DNA of 64,000 bases, from NCBI GenBank assembly GCA_963667015.2, contig CAXXJJ010000004.1:3520001-3584000 (forward strand). Reading direction: 5' to 3'. The stretch's first letter is position 1; every line of letters starts with the position of its first letter. Position numbers and translations under genes: made by a program. This document shows, piece by piece, positions 49,511 through 59,254 of the stretch. The notes under the pieces were generated by a model, which saw only the letters and a list, made by a program, of their open reading frames with translations, made no database searches and was not told the DNA's origin. The DNA comes from Desulfatiglandales bacterium (GTDB lineage: Bacteria > Desulfobacterota > DSM-4660 > Desulfatiglandales > HGW-15).

Positions 49511-50743
49511 TCAGGCCCACAGAAGGTCAAAGGGAGCGGCCCACAAATCATCACCAAAAGAAACCGTTGTATTACCTGTATAAAGAATCACTCCGACAAA
49601 TAAACGATCTTTTGCAATATTGTTTTTGAACCATTTCATGTGTCTAAAGTCATTTTTATCAACTGCTGATCCCGCTTTAATCTCTATTCCGAGTAATGCA
49701 TTGTCTTCTCTTTCAACAATAAAATCGATTTCCCGTTTTTCTCTGTCCCGATAATGGAAAAGCTCATAAAGCCCATCTCCTGCATCTATCTGGGCCATGA
49801 TTTCATTAAATGCAAAAGTCTCTATCAGTTTCCCTGCGCGGTCTGAGTCCAGCCGAACCTGGTCGATATTCCATTTCAGCAGGGAAGCCATAAGACCACT
49901 GTCAGCCATAAAAAGCTTACTCTGTTTGCCTGCCCGGGCATAATCAGTTTTAGTCCAGGGTGAAATGCGTTCTACTAAATAAAGAGACTCCAATGCATTA
50001 ATGTAGCTTTCGATTGTTTTTCTCTGGATAGATAGTCCGGCTCCTATGGCTGATATATCCATGAATTTGCTTGACCATGCAGCAAGAACATTTACCAGTT
50101 CTATCATTGCATTTTTTCTATGAATTCTTGCTATATCTTTTAAATCTCTTTCAAGAATAGCGTTTATATAATCAGTATGCCATCGCTTTCTGGCGCGATC
50201 CTGAAACGTTAAAGCTTCCGGGAATCCTCCTCTGAAGGCAATTTCCAGAAGGGCGTCACGATCGTAATCAGTATGTTTTTTTTCAAATGTCTGTTCAAAA
50301 GCCGATTTAATAAAATCAGGATTGTTATTACTGATCTCTCCCAGAACTAAAGGGCGCAATCGTATTTTACTGATTCGGCCGGCGAGGGATTCCCTGACAG
50401 CAGGAAGAGACTGAATATTAGATGAACCGGTTAAAAGATATTGGCCTGGAGTATTGTCCATATCCACGGCTTTTTTAATAGCCGGAAGTAACGATGGAAC
50501 ATGCTGCGCCTCATCAATAATCAGCGTCTTTGTGCGTCGTTTTACAAATCCCTGAGGGTCAGTTTCAGCAGCTGCCCTGAGTGTGCTGTCATCAAGGGTT
50601 CTGTATTCTATATCTTCAGCCTCCAGACTTCGTGCCAGAGTGGTTTTGCCGCTTTGCCTCGGGCCGGCAAGAAGCAGCACCCTCCTTTCGAGCATCAGGT
50701 TATTAAGGGTCGCTTTTTGCCATCTTGGGTAGAATTCTGTCAT
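49511..50743 (-). CDS. AAA_14/DUF4143 ATPase
   Basis: GPRQSGKTT, IDEAQ, TGSS, ESLAGR, RGGFP, KLFMADSG, EIDFIVE...IEIK. Confidence 0.9.
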   Translation of the reverse strand: MTEFYPRWQKATLNNLMLERRVLLLAGPRQSGKTTLARSLEAEDIEYRTLDDSTLRAAAETDPQGFVKRRTKTLIIDEAQHVPSLLPAIKKAVDMDNTPGQYLLTGSSNIQSLPAVRESLAGRISKIRLRPLVLGEISNNNPDFIKSAFEQTFEKKHTDYDRDALLEIAFRGGFPEALTFQDRARKRWHTDYINAILERDLKDIARIHRKNAMIELVNVLAAWSSKFMDISAIGAGLSIQRKTIESYINALESLYLVERISPWTKTDYARAGKQSKLFMADSGLMASLLKWNIDQVRLDSDRAGKLIETFAFNEIMAQIDAGDGLYELFHYRDREKREIDFIVEREDNALLGIEIKAGSAVDKNDFRHMKWFKNNIAKDRLFVGVILYTGNTTVSFGDDLWAAPFDLLWA

Positions 50744-50881
50744 ACTGTAATAATCCCCAGTGATATTAATATTTTTATAGTCGCTATTTTTATACTTTAA
50801 AATACGCTATATTACAATAATTATATCCGCGATATTGGCATTTATGCAATAAAGCAACAAAATTTTGTAAATCTGAGTCTG

Positions 50882-50965
50882 GCGTCAAACCAGGCTAACT
50901 CATTGTAATTAATCTATATACTCTTATAAATACCTTGTTTTCAGATCTTGTATTGCTGTTTTCAG
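50882..50965 (+). repeat. Direct-repeat copy B flanking the DUF4143 gene
   Basis: GCGTCAAACCAGGCTAACTCATTG...GCTGTTTTCAG. Confidence 0.85.
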
Positions 50966-51136
50966 GTGTGAAAATATCAAGTTTAATTTTAGATATTCAC
51001 ATTTTTATGATTAGAAACAGAAAAATCGGATATTTATTTCATAGAAATACATGACTCTCCAGTCTATTGCTTTCTTTTCTTTTTTTTAATATCTTCATCC
51101 AATTATAAATCAATTACTCACTGAGACATCCTTTAT

Positions 51137-52387
51137 ATGGCCATTAAATTTATACACACAGCGGATATACATCTCGGCAAAACCTACCGCAACGCCCCCG
51201 GAGAAGCAGATCGTTATGAAGATTTTTTTCTATGTCTTTCGGGCATTGTTGAAGACGCGCTGAATGAAAAGGTTGATTTTGTACTGATATGCGGCGACCT
51301 GTTTCATGAAGGCCAGATCCTTCCCAGAACCTTTGCAAAAACCATTGAAGTTCTTCAGCCACTTAAAAATGCAGGCATTCCATGTATTGCCATTGAAGGG
51401 AACCATGACTGGATTCATCGTCGCAACAATATCTCCTGGATGGAGGCCCTGTCCGAGATGGGTTATATACGTCTGCTGCGTCCGGGCAGGACAGAGGACG
51501 GCGGTTATCTATTTGATACCTTTGATGAAGAAACCGGTATGGGCGGGCATATTGAGATCAATGGCCTGAATATATACGGCCTCGGTTACATTGGAGCACA
51601 GGCCGGCAGCCATGTTGAACGCATATGCAATGCAGTAACCTCAGATAACAACCTGCTGCTTTTTCATGTGGGCATTTGGAAATATTCTCCTGTTGAAATC
51701 GGCAACATGAAGCTTGAAGAGGCATACCCCCTTGCCGATAAATTCAGGTATGTGGCTCTTGGTCATGGACATAAACCATATGTGATTGAAACTCCTGAAG
51801 GAAAGGCCTTTGCATATAACCCCGGCGCGCCGGAAAGGGTCAACTTTGGCGAAGAAAAGTATGACAAGGGATATTATGTTGTGGTAGCGGAAGATGGAAA
51901 ATTTAGGCCAGAATTCAGGCCGACCAATCCCCGTCCAATGATGGTAGAGTCAATTGACTTGAATGGTTCTTCTAATGCAGAAGAGGCCATTACCGCATTT
52001 TGTAAACAAATTGAAGAAAAACTCGCCACTATATCTGATGATCGTTCTCCTTTAATTGAATTGAAACTCATTGGAAAAATCAGATTCCATCCCTTTGAGC
52101 TGGGTCGTGAGAGGTTAAGGCTTGCGCTTGAAGAAATTGCTGCCCCGCTCCACCTTGAGATTATTAACAGGCTTTCCCTGACTTCCCGGGCTGGAGGAGA
52201 AGAAATTGTTAGAAAGTCACTTGCTGAAATTGAACATGATGTTCTGCTGGAATTGATAGGTGCACACAGTGATTACCAGGACAGAAAAGAAGAGCTTGCA
52301 GAACTGTGTCTATCTATCCGGGACATTGTGCTTAAGGGAGATGCCGGTGATGATGAACTGCTGGGTCTTTTGCAGGGGGAAGAATAG
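51137..52387 (+). CDS. sbcD: SbcD/Mre11-like DNA repair nuclease
   Basis: HTADIHLG, GDLFH, GNHD, ALGHGH, YNPG. Confidence 0.88.
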   Translation: MAIKFIHTADIHLGKTYRNAPGEADRYEDFFLCLSGIVEDALNEKVDFVLICGDLFHEGQILPRTFAKTIEVLQPLKNAGIPCIAIEGNHDWIHRRNNISWMEALSEMGYIRLLRPGRTEDGGYLFDTFDEETGMGGHIEINGLNIYGLGYIGAQAGSHVERICNAVTSDNNLLLFHVGIWKYSPVEIGNMKLEEAYPLADKFRYVALGHGHKPYVIETPEGKAFAYNPGAPERVNFGEEKYDKGYYVVVAEDGKFRPEFRPTNPRPMMVESIDLNGSSNAEEAITAFCKQIEEKLATISDDRSPLIELKLIGKIRFHPFELGRERLRLALEEIAAPLHLEIINRLSLTSRAGGEEIVRKSLAEIEHDVLLELIGAHSDYQDRKEELAELCLSIRDIVLKGDAGDDELLGLLQGEE

Positions 52388-52390
52388 ACA

Positions 52391-54829
52391 ATGCAGATTC
52401 TCTCGATACATCTTAAAAATATAAAACCCCACCGTGATACAGAACTGCAATTTGTAAGCGGAATAAACGTGCTCTCCGGTAATAATGGAGTTGGTAAAAG
52501 CACCATATTTGAGGCGATCGGCTATGCATTGTTTGGTGTTAATGCCAGTGACTTTGTAGGTAATATTGACCGGTTCATTACTATTGGCGCAAAAAAAGGT
52601 GAGGTAGCTGTTACCTTTATGACTGACAGTGGTGAAACCTATAAAATCTCCAGAAGTGTAGGGGCCGGATCAAAGTGGCTTTTACATAAAGATACCGAAG
52701 GTATTTTTGAGGTTGAAGAGCATGCAGGAAGCTCGGAGACCGAGGCGCGCATCAAGGAGCTGCTCGGGCTGGACAGCGGCAGGTCTCTTGCTGATCAGTA
52801 TAAGCTTGTTATCGGCCCCTTTCAGAATGACTTCCTCGGGCCATTCGTTATAAAGCAGCCGACCAAAAGGCAGGAGGCCTTTGATGAAATTCTCGGCATA
52901 GATGCCTGGCGAAAGACATACAAGGGCACCAGCACCATGCTGTCATTCGTAAAAAATAAAATTGAAATAATAAAGACCGAGATAGAAGGCAAGCAGGAAC
53001 AGGTCACGGTTTTGCCGGAACGGAAAAAGGAACTGAAGGAACTGCTTGCGTGTATCGAAGCCGAACAGAAAACCCTTACAGAAAATCAAAAGAAATTAAC
53101 CGACACAGAGAAGCATCTTTTAAACCTGGACAAACAGGAAAAGGAGGCAAACAGGGTAAAGGCAGATATTCAGCTTCTTGAAAGCCGCATACGTGATGGA
53201 AAGGGAAAGATAACTGATCAGGAAAAGAGGGTAAAAGAATCCGAAAAGGCCTTCGGTCTTATGGAAAAAAGCAGGGCCGGCAAGGAGGCCTTTGAAAAGG
53301 CCGATGCAAAATTAAAGACCCTGCGGGCACAGGAGAAAGAGCGGCGTGAGTTAGAAAAAAATATCAATGAGCTTGAAAAGGAAAGCTCGAGCCTGAAACA
53401 GAAAATAAAACATGAAAATCAGGAAGTCGATAAAGCTGATAAACAGTTTGCAGAAGAGGAAGGCCGGTTAAAGAAGGAACAACAGGATCTCTCTCCCGAT
53501 AAAAAGATTGAAGAGATAGCCGCACGCCTGCCTTCTCTTAAAAAGAAGGAAAAGGATCTCAGCCTTTCAAAGGGTTCCTTAAAGGGAAAACTGGACGGCC
53601 TGAATGAAGGCCGGGAAAAACTTGCTGAAGGGACTTGCCCCTTTTTTAAGGAGCAGTGTCAGAATATTGTGGGCAAGTCACCTGGAGATGTTTTTACCTC
53701 AAGGATGGATGAGATTAAAAAACAAGGTTTGGATATTGATAAAACGCTGGAAGAGCTGACCAGGGAAATCAAAGAGGCGGAAAAAGCGGTTAAGGAGATC
53801 GACACAGTAAAGGTGAAATCCGAAGCAGTTGAAAGGCAGCTTAAAACCCTTACAAAAAAGCGGGAAGACAATAATATAAGAAAATCTGAAATAGAAAAAA
53901 TTGTAAAGCAGCAGCAGGAAGCGGAAAAGAAAGTCCTTGCAAAAAAAGCGGAGTTTGAAAAATACAACAAGCTTGAAGATGAAATAAATTCAACTGAAAA
54001 ACTTAAAACAGATAACCAGTCTGCCAGGGATGCCTTTTTTGCTAATGAAAAAGAAGCAAAGGACCTTGAAAACAGGCAGAAATCCCTAAAGGATATGTTG
54101 AAACTGATGGAGGAACTGAAGCAGTCTCTTACAGCAAATCAGAAGGCATACGAAAAAATAGAAAAGGAATATAATCCCAAACAGCATGTTGAAGTTCGCA
54201 TGGTAAAGGAAAAGCTGGTTGAAGATACTGCAGCAGTAAAACAGAAGATAGAATCTCTTAATAAAGACAAACTTCGCCTTGAAGAAGATATTAAAAAAAT
54301 GGAGCAGATAAAAAAGGATATTAAAGAGAAGCTTATTCAAAAGAAAAAATATGAAGAAAAGGAAGAGCTGGTAAAGTTTCTGAGAAACAGGATTTTTAAT
54401 AATGTTTCGGCACAGCTTTCAGAACGCTTTAGAGAAGAGATAAGCCTCAGGGCGGATATTATTTATCGAAATATCTCAGAGGCTGATGAAGAGCTTTTCT
54501 GGGGGGACAAATACCAGATTGTACTCAGAGATATGCAGGATGGAGATGTAAGGGAACGCACTGACGATCAGCTGTCCGGCGGGCAGATAATGAGTGCTGT
54601 TGTTGCTTTACGTCTTGCCTTACTGCAGACAATCGGTGCCCGGGTTGCCTTTTTTGATGAACCCACCTCCAACCTTGATGCAACCCGCAGGGCAAACCTG
54701 GCCCATGCCTTTCGTGCAATTGATATCGGCCGTGAAGAGGTGACCGAACACTGGTATGATCAGCTGTTTCTCATAAGTCATGATGTTAATTTTACCGAGA
54801 TAACAGATCAGATTATTTTGATTGAATAA
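52391..54829 (+). CDS. sbcC: SbcC/Rad50-like SMC ATPase
   Basis: GNNGVGKST, long coiled coil with central CPFFKEQC, LSGGQ, FDEPT, ISH. Confidence 0.88.
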   Translation: MQILSIHLKNIKPHRDTELQFVSGINVLSGNNGVGKSTIFEAIGYALFGVNASDFVGNIDRFITIGAKKGEVAVTFMTDSGETYKISRSVGAGSKWLLHKDTEGIFEVEEHAGSSETEARIKELLGLDSGRSLADQYKLVIGPFQNDFLGPFVIKQPTKRQEAFDEILGIDAWRKTYKGTSTMLSFVKNKIEIIKTEIEGKQEQVTVLPERKKELKELLACIEAEQKTLTENQKKLTDTEKHLLNLDKQEKEANRVKADIQLLESRIRDGKGKITDQEKRVKESEKAFGLMEKSRAGKEAFEKADAKLKTLRAQEKERRELEKNINELEKESSSLKQKIKHENQEVDKADKQFAEEEGRLKKEQQDLSPDKKIEEIAARLPSLKKKEKDLSLSKGSLKGKLDGLNEGREKLAEGTCPFFKEQCQNIVGKSPGDVFTSRMDEIKKQGLDIDKTLEELTREIKEAEKAVKEIDTVKVKSEAVERQLKTLTKKREDNNIRKSEIEKIVKQQQEAEKKVLAKKAEFEKYNKLEDEINSTEKLKTDNQSARDAFFANEKEAKDLENRQKSLKDMLKLMEELKQSLTANQKAYEKIEKEYNPKQHVEVRMVKEKLVEDTAAVKQKIESLNKDKLRLEEDIKKMEQIKKDIKEKLIQKKKYEEKEELVKFLRNRIFNNVSAQLSERFREEISLRADIIYRNISEADEELFWGDKYQIVLRDMQDGDVRERTDDQLSGGQIMSAVVALRLALLQTIGARVAFFDEPTSNLDATRRANLAHAFRAIDIGREEVTEHWYDQLFLISHDVNFTEITDQIILIE

Positions 54830-54832
54830 AAG

Positions 54833-55075
54833 TTACAATCCTGCAGCTGATATGATATCGGGCACTACCTCCTCCTTGCCGATAGCCATTATGTGAACAC
54901 CGTCACACATCTTTTCATCCCTGATCCTTCTTATCATTCGACGGGCTGTCTCAATACCTTTTTCCAGCTTCCGCCCCTTGGGGGCACTGTCCATTTCATC
55001 AATCAGGCCCTGGGGCACGTTCCCGCCTGCGACATTCTTATTCATAAATCTTGCCATTCCAGGTAAAGGCATCAT
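54833..55075 (-). pseudogene. metF: 3' fragment of methylenetetrahydrofolate reductase
   Basis: GMARFMNKNVAG..VP..LIDE...G...A...I......CDGVHIMAIG matches the MTHFR C-terminus; the N-terminal part is absent. Confidence 0.75.
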
Positions 55076-55436
55076 TCTTCAATACTTTTAATCAACTCAT
55101 TGGCAATATTAGAACTTACAATCCTCATAATGCTTTCCTGTGAATTCCCGAAACTCAACAGATTGATACTTCCATACCAGACAATCTTTTGGTCCATAAT
55201 CGCAAACTTTTGATGTATACCGGATTTAAAAACAACTTTTATCCCTTTGCTCATTAATAAATCCAGAGCTTCGTTTACAACTTTTTGATCCTTTTCTTTA
55301 AAATCTTCTATTGGCCTGGTTATCACGATAACGCGTGTTTTATTCTGTAATGCAACTTCAAAATATTGAAACATCTGTGAAATCCTACCTTTTTTCACAA
55401 AAGGGCTGACTATTAAGATCTCTTTTTTTGCACTAA
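55072..55436 (-). pseudogene. C-terminal PLD-nuclease part of the IS630-interrupted primase-helicase gene
   Basis: AKKEILIVSPF...HQKFAIMD...YGSINL (HKD). Joins in frame with 56556-59097 when the IS is removed. Confidence 0.85.
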
Positions 55437-55438
55437 TA

Positions 55439-56555
55439 TTAACCCGGCAACAAAATACTTAACAAATGGATCGTATTTTGTTATAACACGATCATGGAAA
55501 AAATAGACGCAAGGAAACTCAGCACTGATGCCCAACAACAAATTCGTAATCAAGTCATTCGACTCCGAAAACAGGGACGAACGCATAATGAGATCAGTGC
55601 CATTACAGGAGTGAGCCGATCCATTTGCAGTACATGGTGGGCTCTTTATCAAAAAGAAGGTAATAAAGCCCTTAAAATTAAAAAGCGTGGCCGTCCAAAG
55701 GGCAGTTGCCGCACGTTGACACCTGATCAGGAAAAAGAATTGCAAAAAGCTATACAAGACAAATGCCCTGACCAAATGAAATTACCATTTGCTTTGTGGA
55801 CACGCATTGCCGTACAGCAACTCATCAAACAATTGTGGAATATAGATATGCCGATCAGAACTGTTGGCGAGTATCTGAACAGATGGAATTTTACTCCACA
55901 AAAACCACTGAAGAAAGCCTATAAACAAAATCCAAAAGCAGTCAAAGCTTGGTTGGAGACAGAATACTCGGATATTTCCAAACGTGCAAAAAAAGAGACC
56001 GCGGAAATTCATTGGGGGGATGAGACTGGATTGTGTAACGACAGTTACCATGGAAGAAGTTACGCTCCTCGTGGTGAAACACCGGCGATTAGGCTTCATC
56101 CCAGGTGCCAGCGCGTCAACCTGATTTCCTCTGTCACCAATCAAGGTAAAGTTCGTTTTATGGTTTATAAAAACAAGATGAATTCCCAAACGATGATCAA
56201 ATTCATGGAACGATTGATCAAAGATGCTGATAAAAAAATCTTTTTGATTGTAGATAATTTGAAAGTCCATCATAGCTATATTGTCAAAGACTGGCTGAAA
56301 GAACATGAAGACAAAATTGAGTTGTTCTTTCTTCCATCATATTCACCGGAATTAAATCCTGATGAATACCTAAACTGCGACCTAAAGGTCGGTGTACATT
56401 CTGGTATTCCAGCCAGAACAAAAAAAGAACTCAAGCAAAAAGCTATTTCTCATTTGAGAAAGCTTCAAAAACTACCTGGACGTGTTAAAAAATATTTTAA
56501 ACACCCTAAGATTGCTTATGCTGCTTGATAGTCTCCTATTTAATTGCCGGGTTAA
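55439..56555 (+). mobile_element. IS630-family insertion sequence (1117 bp)
   Basis: 12-bp terminal inverted repeats TTAACCCGGCAA / TTGCCGGGTTAA; duplicated TA at 55437-55438 and 56556-56557. Confidence 0.92.
55494..56528 (+). CDS. IS630-family transposase
   Basis: KRGRP, HTH, DDE triad GDETG / VDNLKVH / SPELNPDE. Confidence 0.93.
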   Translation: MEKIDARKLSTDAQQQIRNQVIRLRKQGRTHNEISAITGVSRSICSTWWALYQKEGNKALKIKKRGRPKGSCRTLTPDQEKELQKAIQDKCPDQMKLPFALWTRIAVQQLIKQLWNIDMPIRTVGEYLNRWNFTPQKPLKKAYKQNPKAVKAWLETEYSDISKRAKKETAEIHWGDETGLCNDSYHGRSYAPRGETPAIRLHPRCQRVNLISSVTNQGKVRFMVYKNKMNSQTMIKFMERLIKDADKKIFLIVDNLKVHHSYIVKDWLKEHEDKIELFFLPSYSPELNPDEYLNCDLKVGVHSGIPARTKKELKQKAISHLRKLQKLPGRVKKYFKHPKIAYAA

Positions 56556-59097
56556 TAACATCATTGGAAAAGACAGGTAAAAAATTATCTCTATTAAAAA
56601 TGATATTCGGTGAGGACGGCTCTATCCCCTCTCCTTTAATCTTATATCCCATAGACGCATAGCCATTGAGACGCCTTTGGTACATCCTTTCCAGCATCTT
56701 TACATGGATATCCACATAATCATATATAAGAACCTCCTTTTTATTTTCAAACAAACGATGGAGTCTTCCTGCATACTGCTGTAAAGTCCCCTTCCAGGAT
56801 ATTGGCATTACCAGGAATAATGTATCAAGTCTCGGTTCATCAAACCCTTCTCCTATGTAAGGACCAGTAGCTACAAGGGCAATATTTTTATCACCCGGTA
56901 AGCCCTTAATGTATTCAAGAACTTCACGAGCTTTTTTTATTCCCATTTTTCCGGTCAACGTCAGAACATCGGGGATCTTGTCTTTTAGTTTCTCCGAAAG
57001 CATTTCAACATGATCCGTCCTCTGGGAAAGCACAACACAGTTTCTGCCAAGTTTATAATTCTCTAGAACATCTTCAATAATCTGCTGATCCCGGAAATCA
57101 TCTCCTGATATCTCGGAGTATACATCATTAATGGATAATTCTTTTTCATTCCTGTCAAAGGGCATTCTCAGTGAGGTAAACCTCGGAATAACAAAGTGAT
57201 CAAAGGGGCGGTTCTCTGCCTGTTTTTTGGGATCATCGCGATATCGTATCGGACCGCACTGCATTAGCAGAATAGGATGATGACCATCTTTTCGGGTGGG
57301 TGTTGCAGTAAGGCCGTAAACATACCTGGCATTAGCAGTTTTTAAAATGTTTTCATAATTAAAGGCAGGGGCATGATGGCATTCATCAGCAATGATCATC
57401 CCATAGTCTTTTATGCAATCCTTAACCTCTCCCATGCGTCCCATTGACTGCATAACAGCGATATCAACTATTCCATTTAAAGTATTTTTCCCCGCACCTA
57501 ATTGACCAATAATATTTGATTTCTTTTTTCTCCCCCTTTTTTTGATAGCTGGATTATCCGCTTCAGGTAAGACTTCGTTAATAACGAGAAACTGTTTTAG
57601 CCTATCCATCCACTGATTAAGCAAACCAATCCTGTCAACAAGTATGAGAGTATTTACCTTTCTTTGTGCAATCAACTTGATTGCTACAACTGTTTTCCCA
57701 AAGGCTGTGGTTCCGGAGAGAATTCCAATATCATTACTCAATAACTTTTCGATTGCTAATGTCTGCTCTCCCCTCAGTTGACCATTAAATTCTACATCAA
57801 TTCCTCTGCCATGGTTGGTTTTATCAATGAATTGGCATTCAACTTTCAATGATTTAAATTCTGCTGTAAGCTCCTCTTCGCAGCCTCTTGGCAAACAAAG
57901 ATAATCCTTTGTTTCCTCCGCGCATGTAATGATTCTTGGATACCCATAGGTTGATAAACGCATCGCCTGCTGCTTATAAAACATTGGATTTTTGAAGGAA
58001 GCTATTCTTTTCAGGTGATTCTGCCCCTTTTCAGAGATTCCTTTTTTCGGAATAAAAAGCATGTTTGACCTTACAATGCTGATTGCATCCGGATAATCAG
58101 TTTTATCCAGACTGACTTTTTTAACCGTTTCCCATGGTTTTTGATCTTCCTCTTTATCGATTTTTAACTGACCCAACTCATGTCCCTGACATAACTCGGC
58201 TATTAAACTTCCTATCCGATTTTCGGATATTTTCTTGATTTCTGAAAGGTAGGCCCATTGATCTGAATATGGATAAAATTTTTCATCAACGAACTCGCTG
58301 TTTTGATGCTTACGTGCTGATTTTTGAAATGGAAGGGCTATCAGGTTCCCGAAGCCTCCTTTGGGTAGAGTGTCCTGACTTGGAAACAGTCTATCATAGG
58401 ATTTAAATTTAAGTTCATGCCTTCTGTTCATGGAAAAGGTTAAAAGACCTGTTCCGAATTTTCTTGCAAGAGATGCAGACACAGGCTCTTCAAAGAAAAA
58501 CCATATGTGCGCACCATTTCCGGATTGTGAACGCTCCACAGCAACCGGAATGTCAAATTCATTACATACTTCTCTTATTATTGTGATATCTTTTTTCCAC
58601 CCGTCATCATCAAAATCTATTGCGAGAAAATAACAGGTTTCTTCAGGCAGCATGGGGTAAATACCGGCAACTACATTTCCTCTAAGGTGGTTGTCTATCA
58701 CTTTCTCGTTCAAAGCCGCATATGAACTGTTTTTACACTTTGAGCATGGAATTTTCGGCTTCCCGCATATATCTTTTTTCCACTGGTTCAGACAAACAGG
58801 AGAATATCCGGATGTAGATTTCTTTTTATTCTCCCATCTTGCAGCATAGACATCGGCACGACCTTTAAACAGGGATATAAATAATCTGATTTTTGAGATC
58901 GAATCTGACTTGTTATTTATTTGAATTGATTTTGAATTATCAGTGACAGAATTATTGCTAATGGATTGTTTTTCAGTGTTATGGTCTTTATGTGGATTTT
59001 CACCAAGCTTTATTTTTAAGCGGTTATTTTCTTTTTTTAAGTGATCAAAATCCTCCAGTAATCGGTTATATTTTTTAAGAAGTTCCTGATAGTTCAT
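56556..59097 (-). pseudogene. TOTE-like primase (AEP) plus SF2 helicase, N-terminal part, interrupted by IS630
   Basis: FKGR.DVYA.RW, Cys cluster, AIDFD, ERSQSGNGAH.W, GNLIALP, TAFGKT, DECHH, TATP, QYAGRL.R. Confidence 0.82.
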
Positions 59098-59145
59098 TAT
59101 AAGCTTGTTATTTTAGTGTCACATCAAAAGTGAAACATATCTATT

Positions 59146-59214
59146 TGTCATTTCAGCCAATGGGAGAAATCCTGCTAACAAAAAACAGGATCTCTCCTTT
59201 CAGTCGAGATGATA
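59146..59214. repeat. REP-like imperfect inverted repeat (TGTCATTTC...GAGAAATCC / GGATCTCTC...CGAGATGATA)
   Basis: Paired arms; related CGAAATGACA half-copies near 34904 and 48896. Confidence 0.55.
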
Positions 59215-59254
59215 TTTGGTGGATGATATGAGTTGTTATTATCACAACCAAAGA

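Noticed and set aside
49364..50965. Integron attC sites
   Set aside because: GCTAAC is present, but there is no matching GTTRRRY end or attC-like hairpin, and no IntI in the window.
20000..51000. Prophage or ICE
   Set aside because: No integrase, structural, replication or conjugation genes, and core-like genes (ABC-F, slyX) are interspersed.
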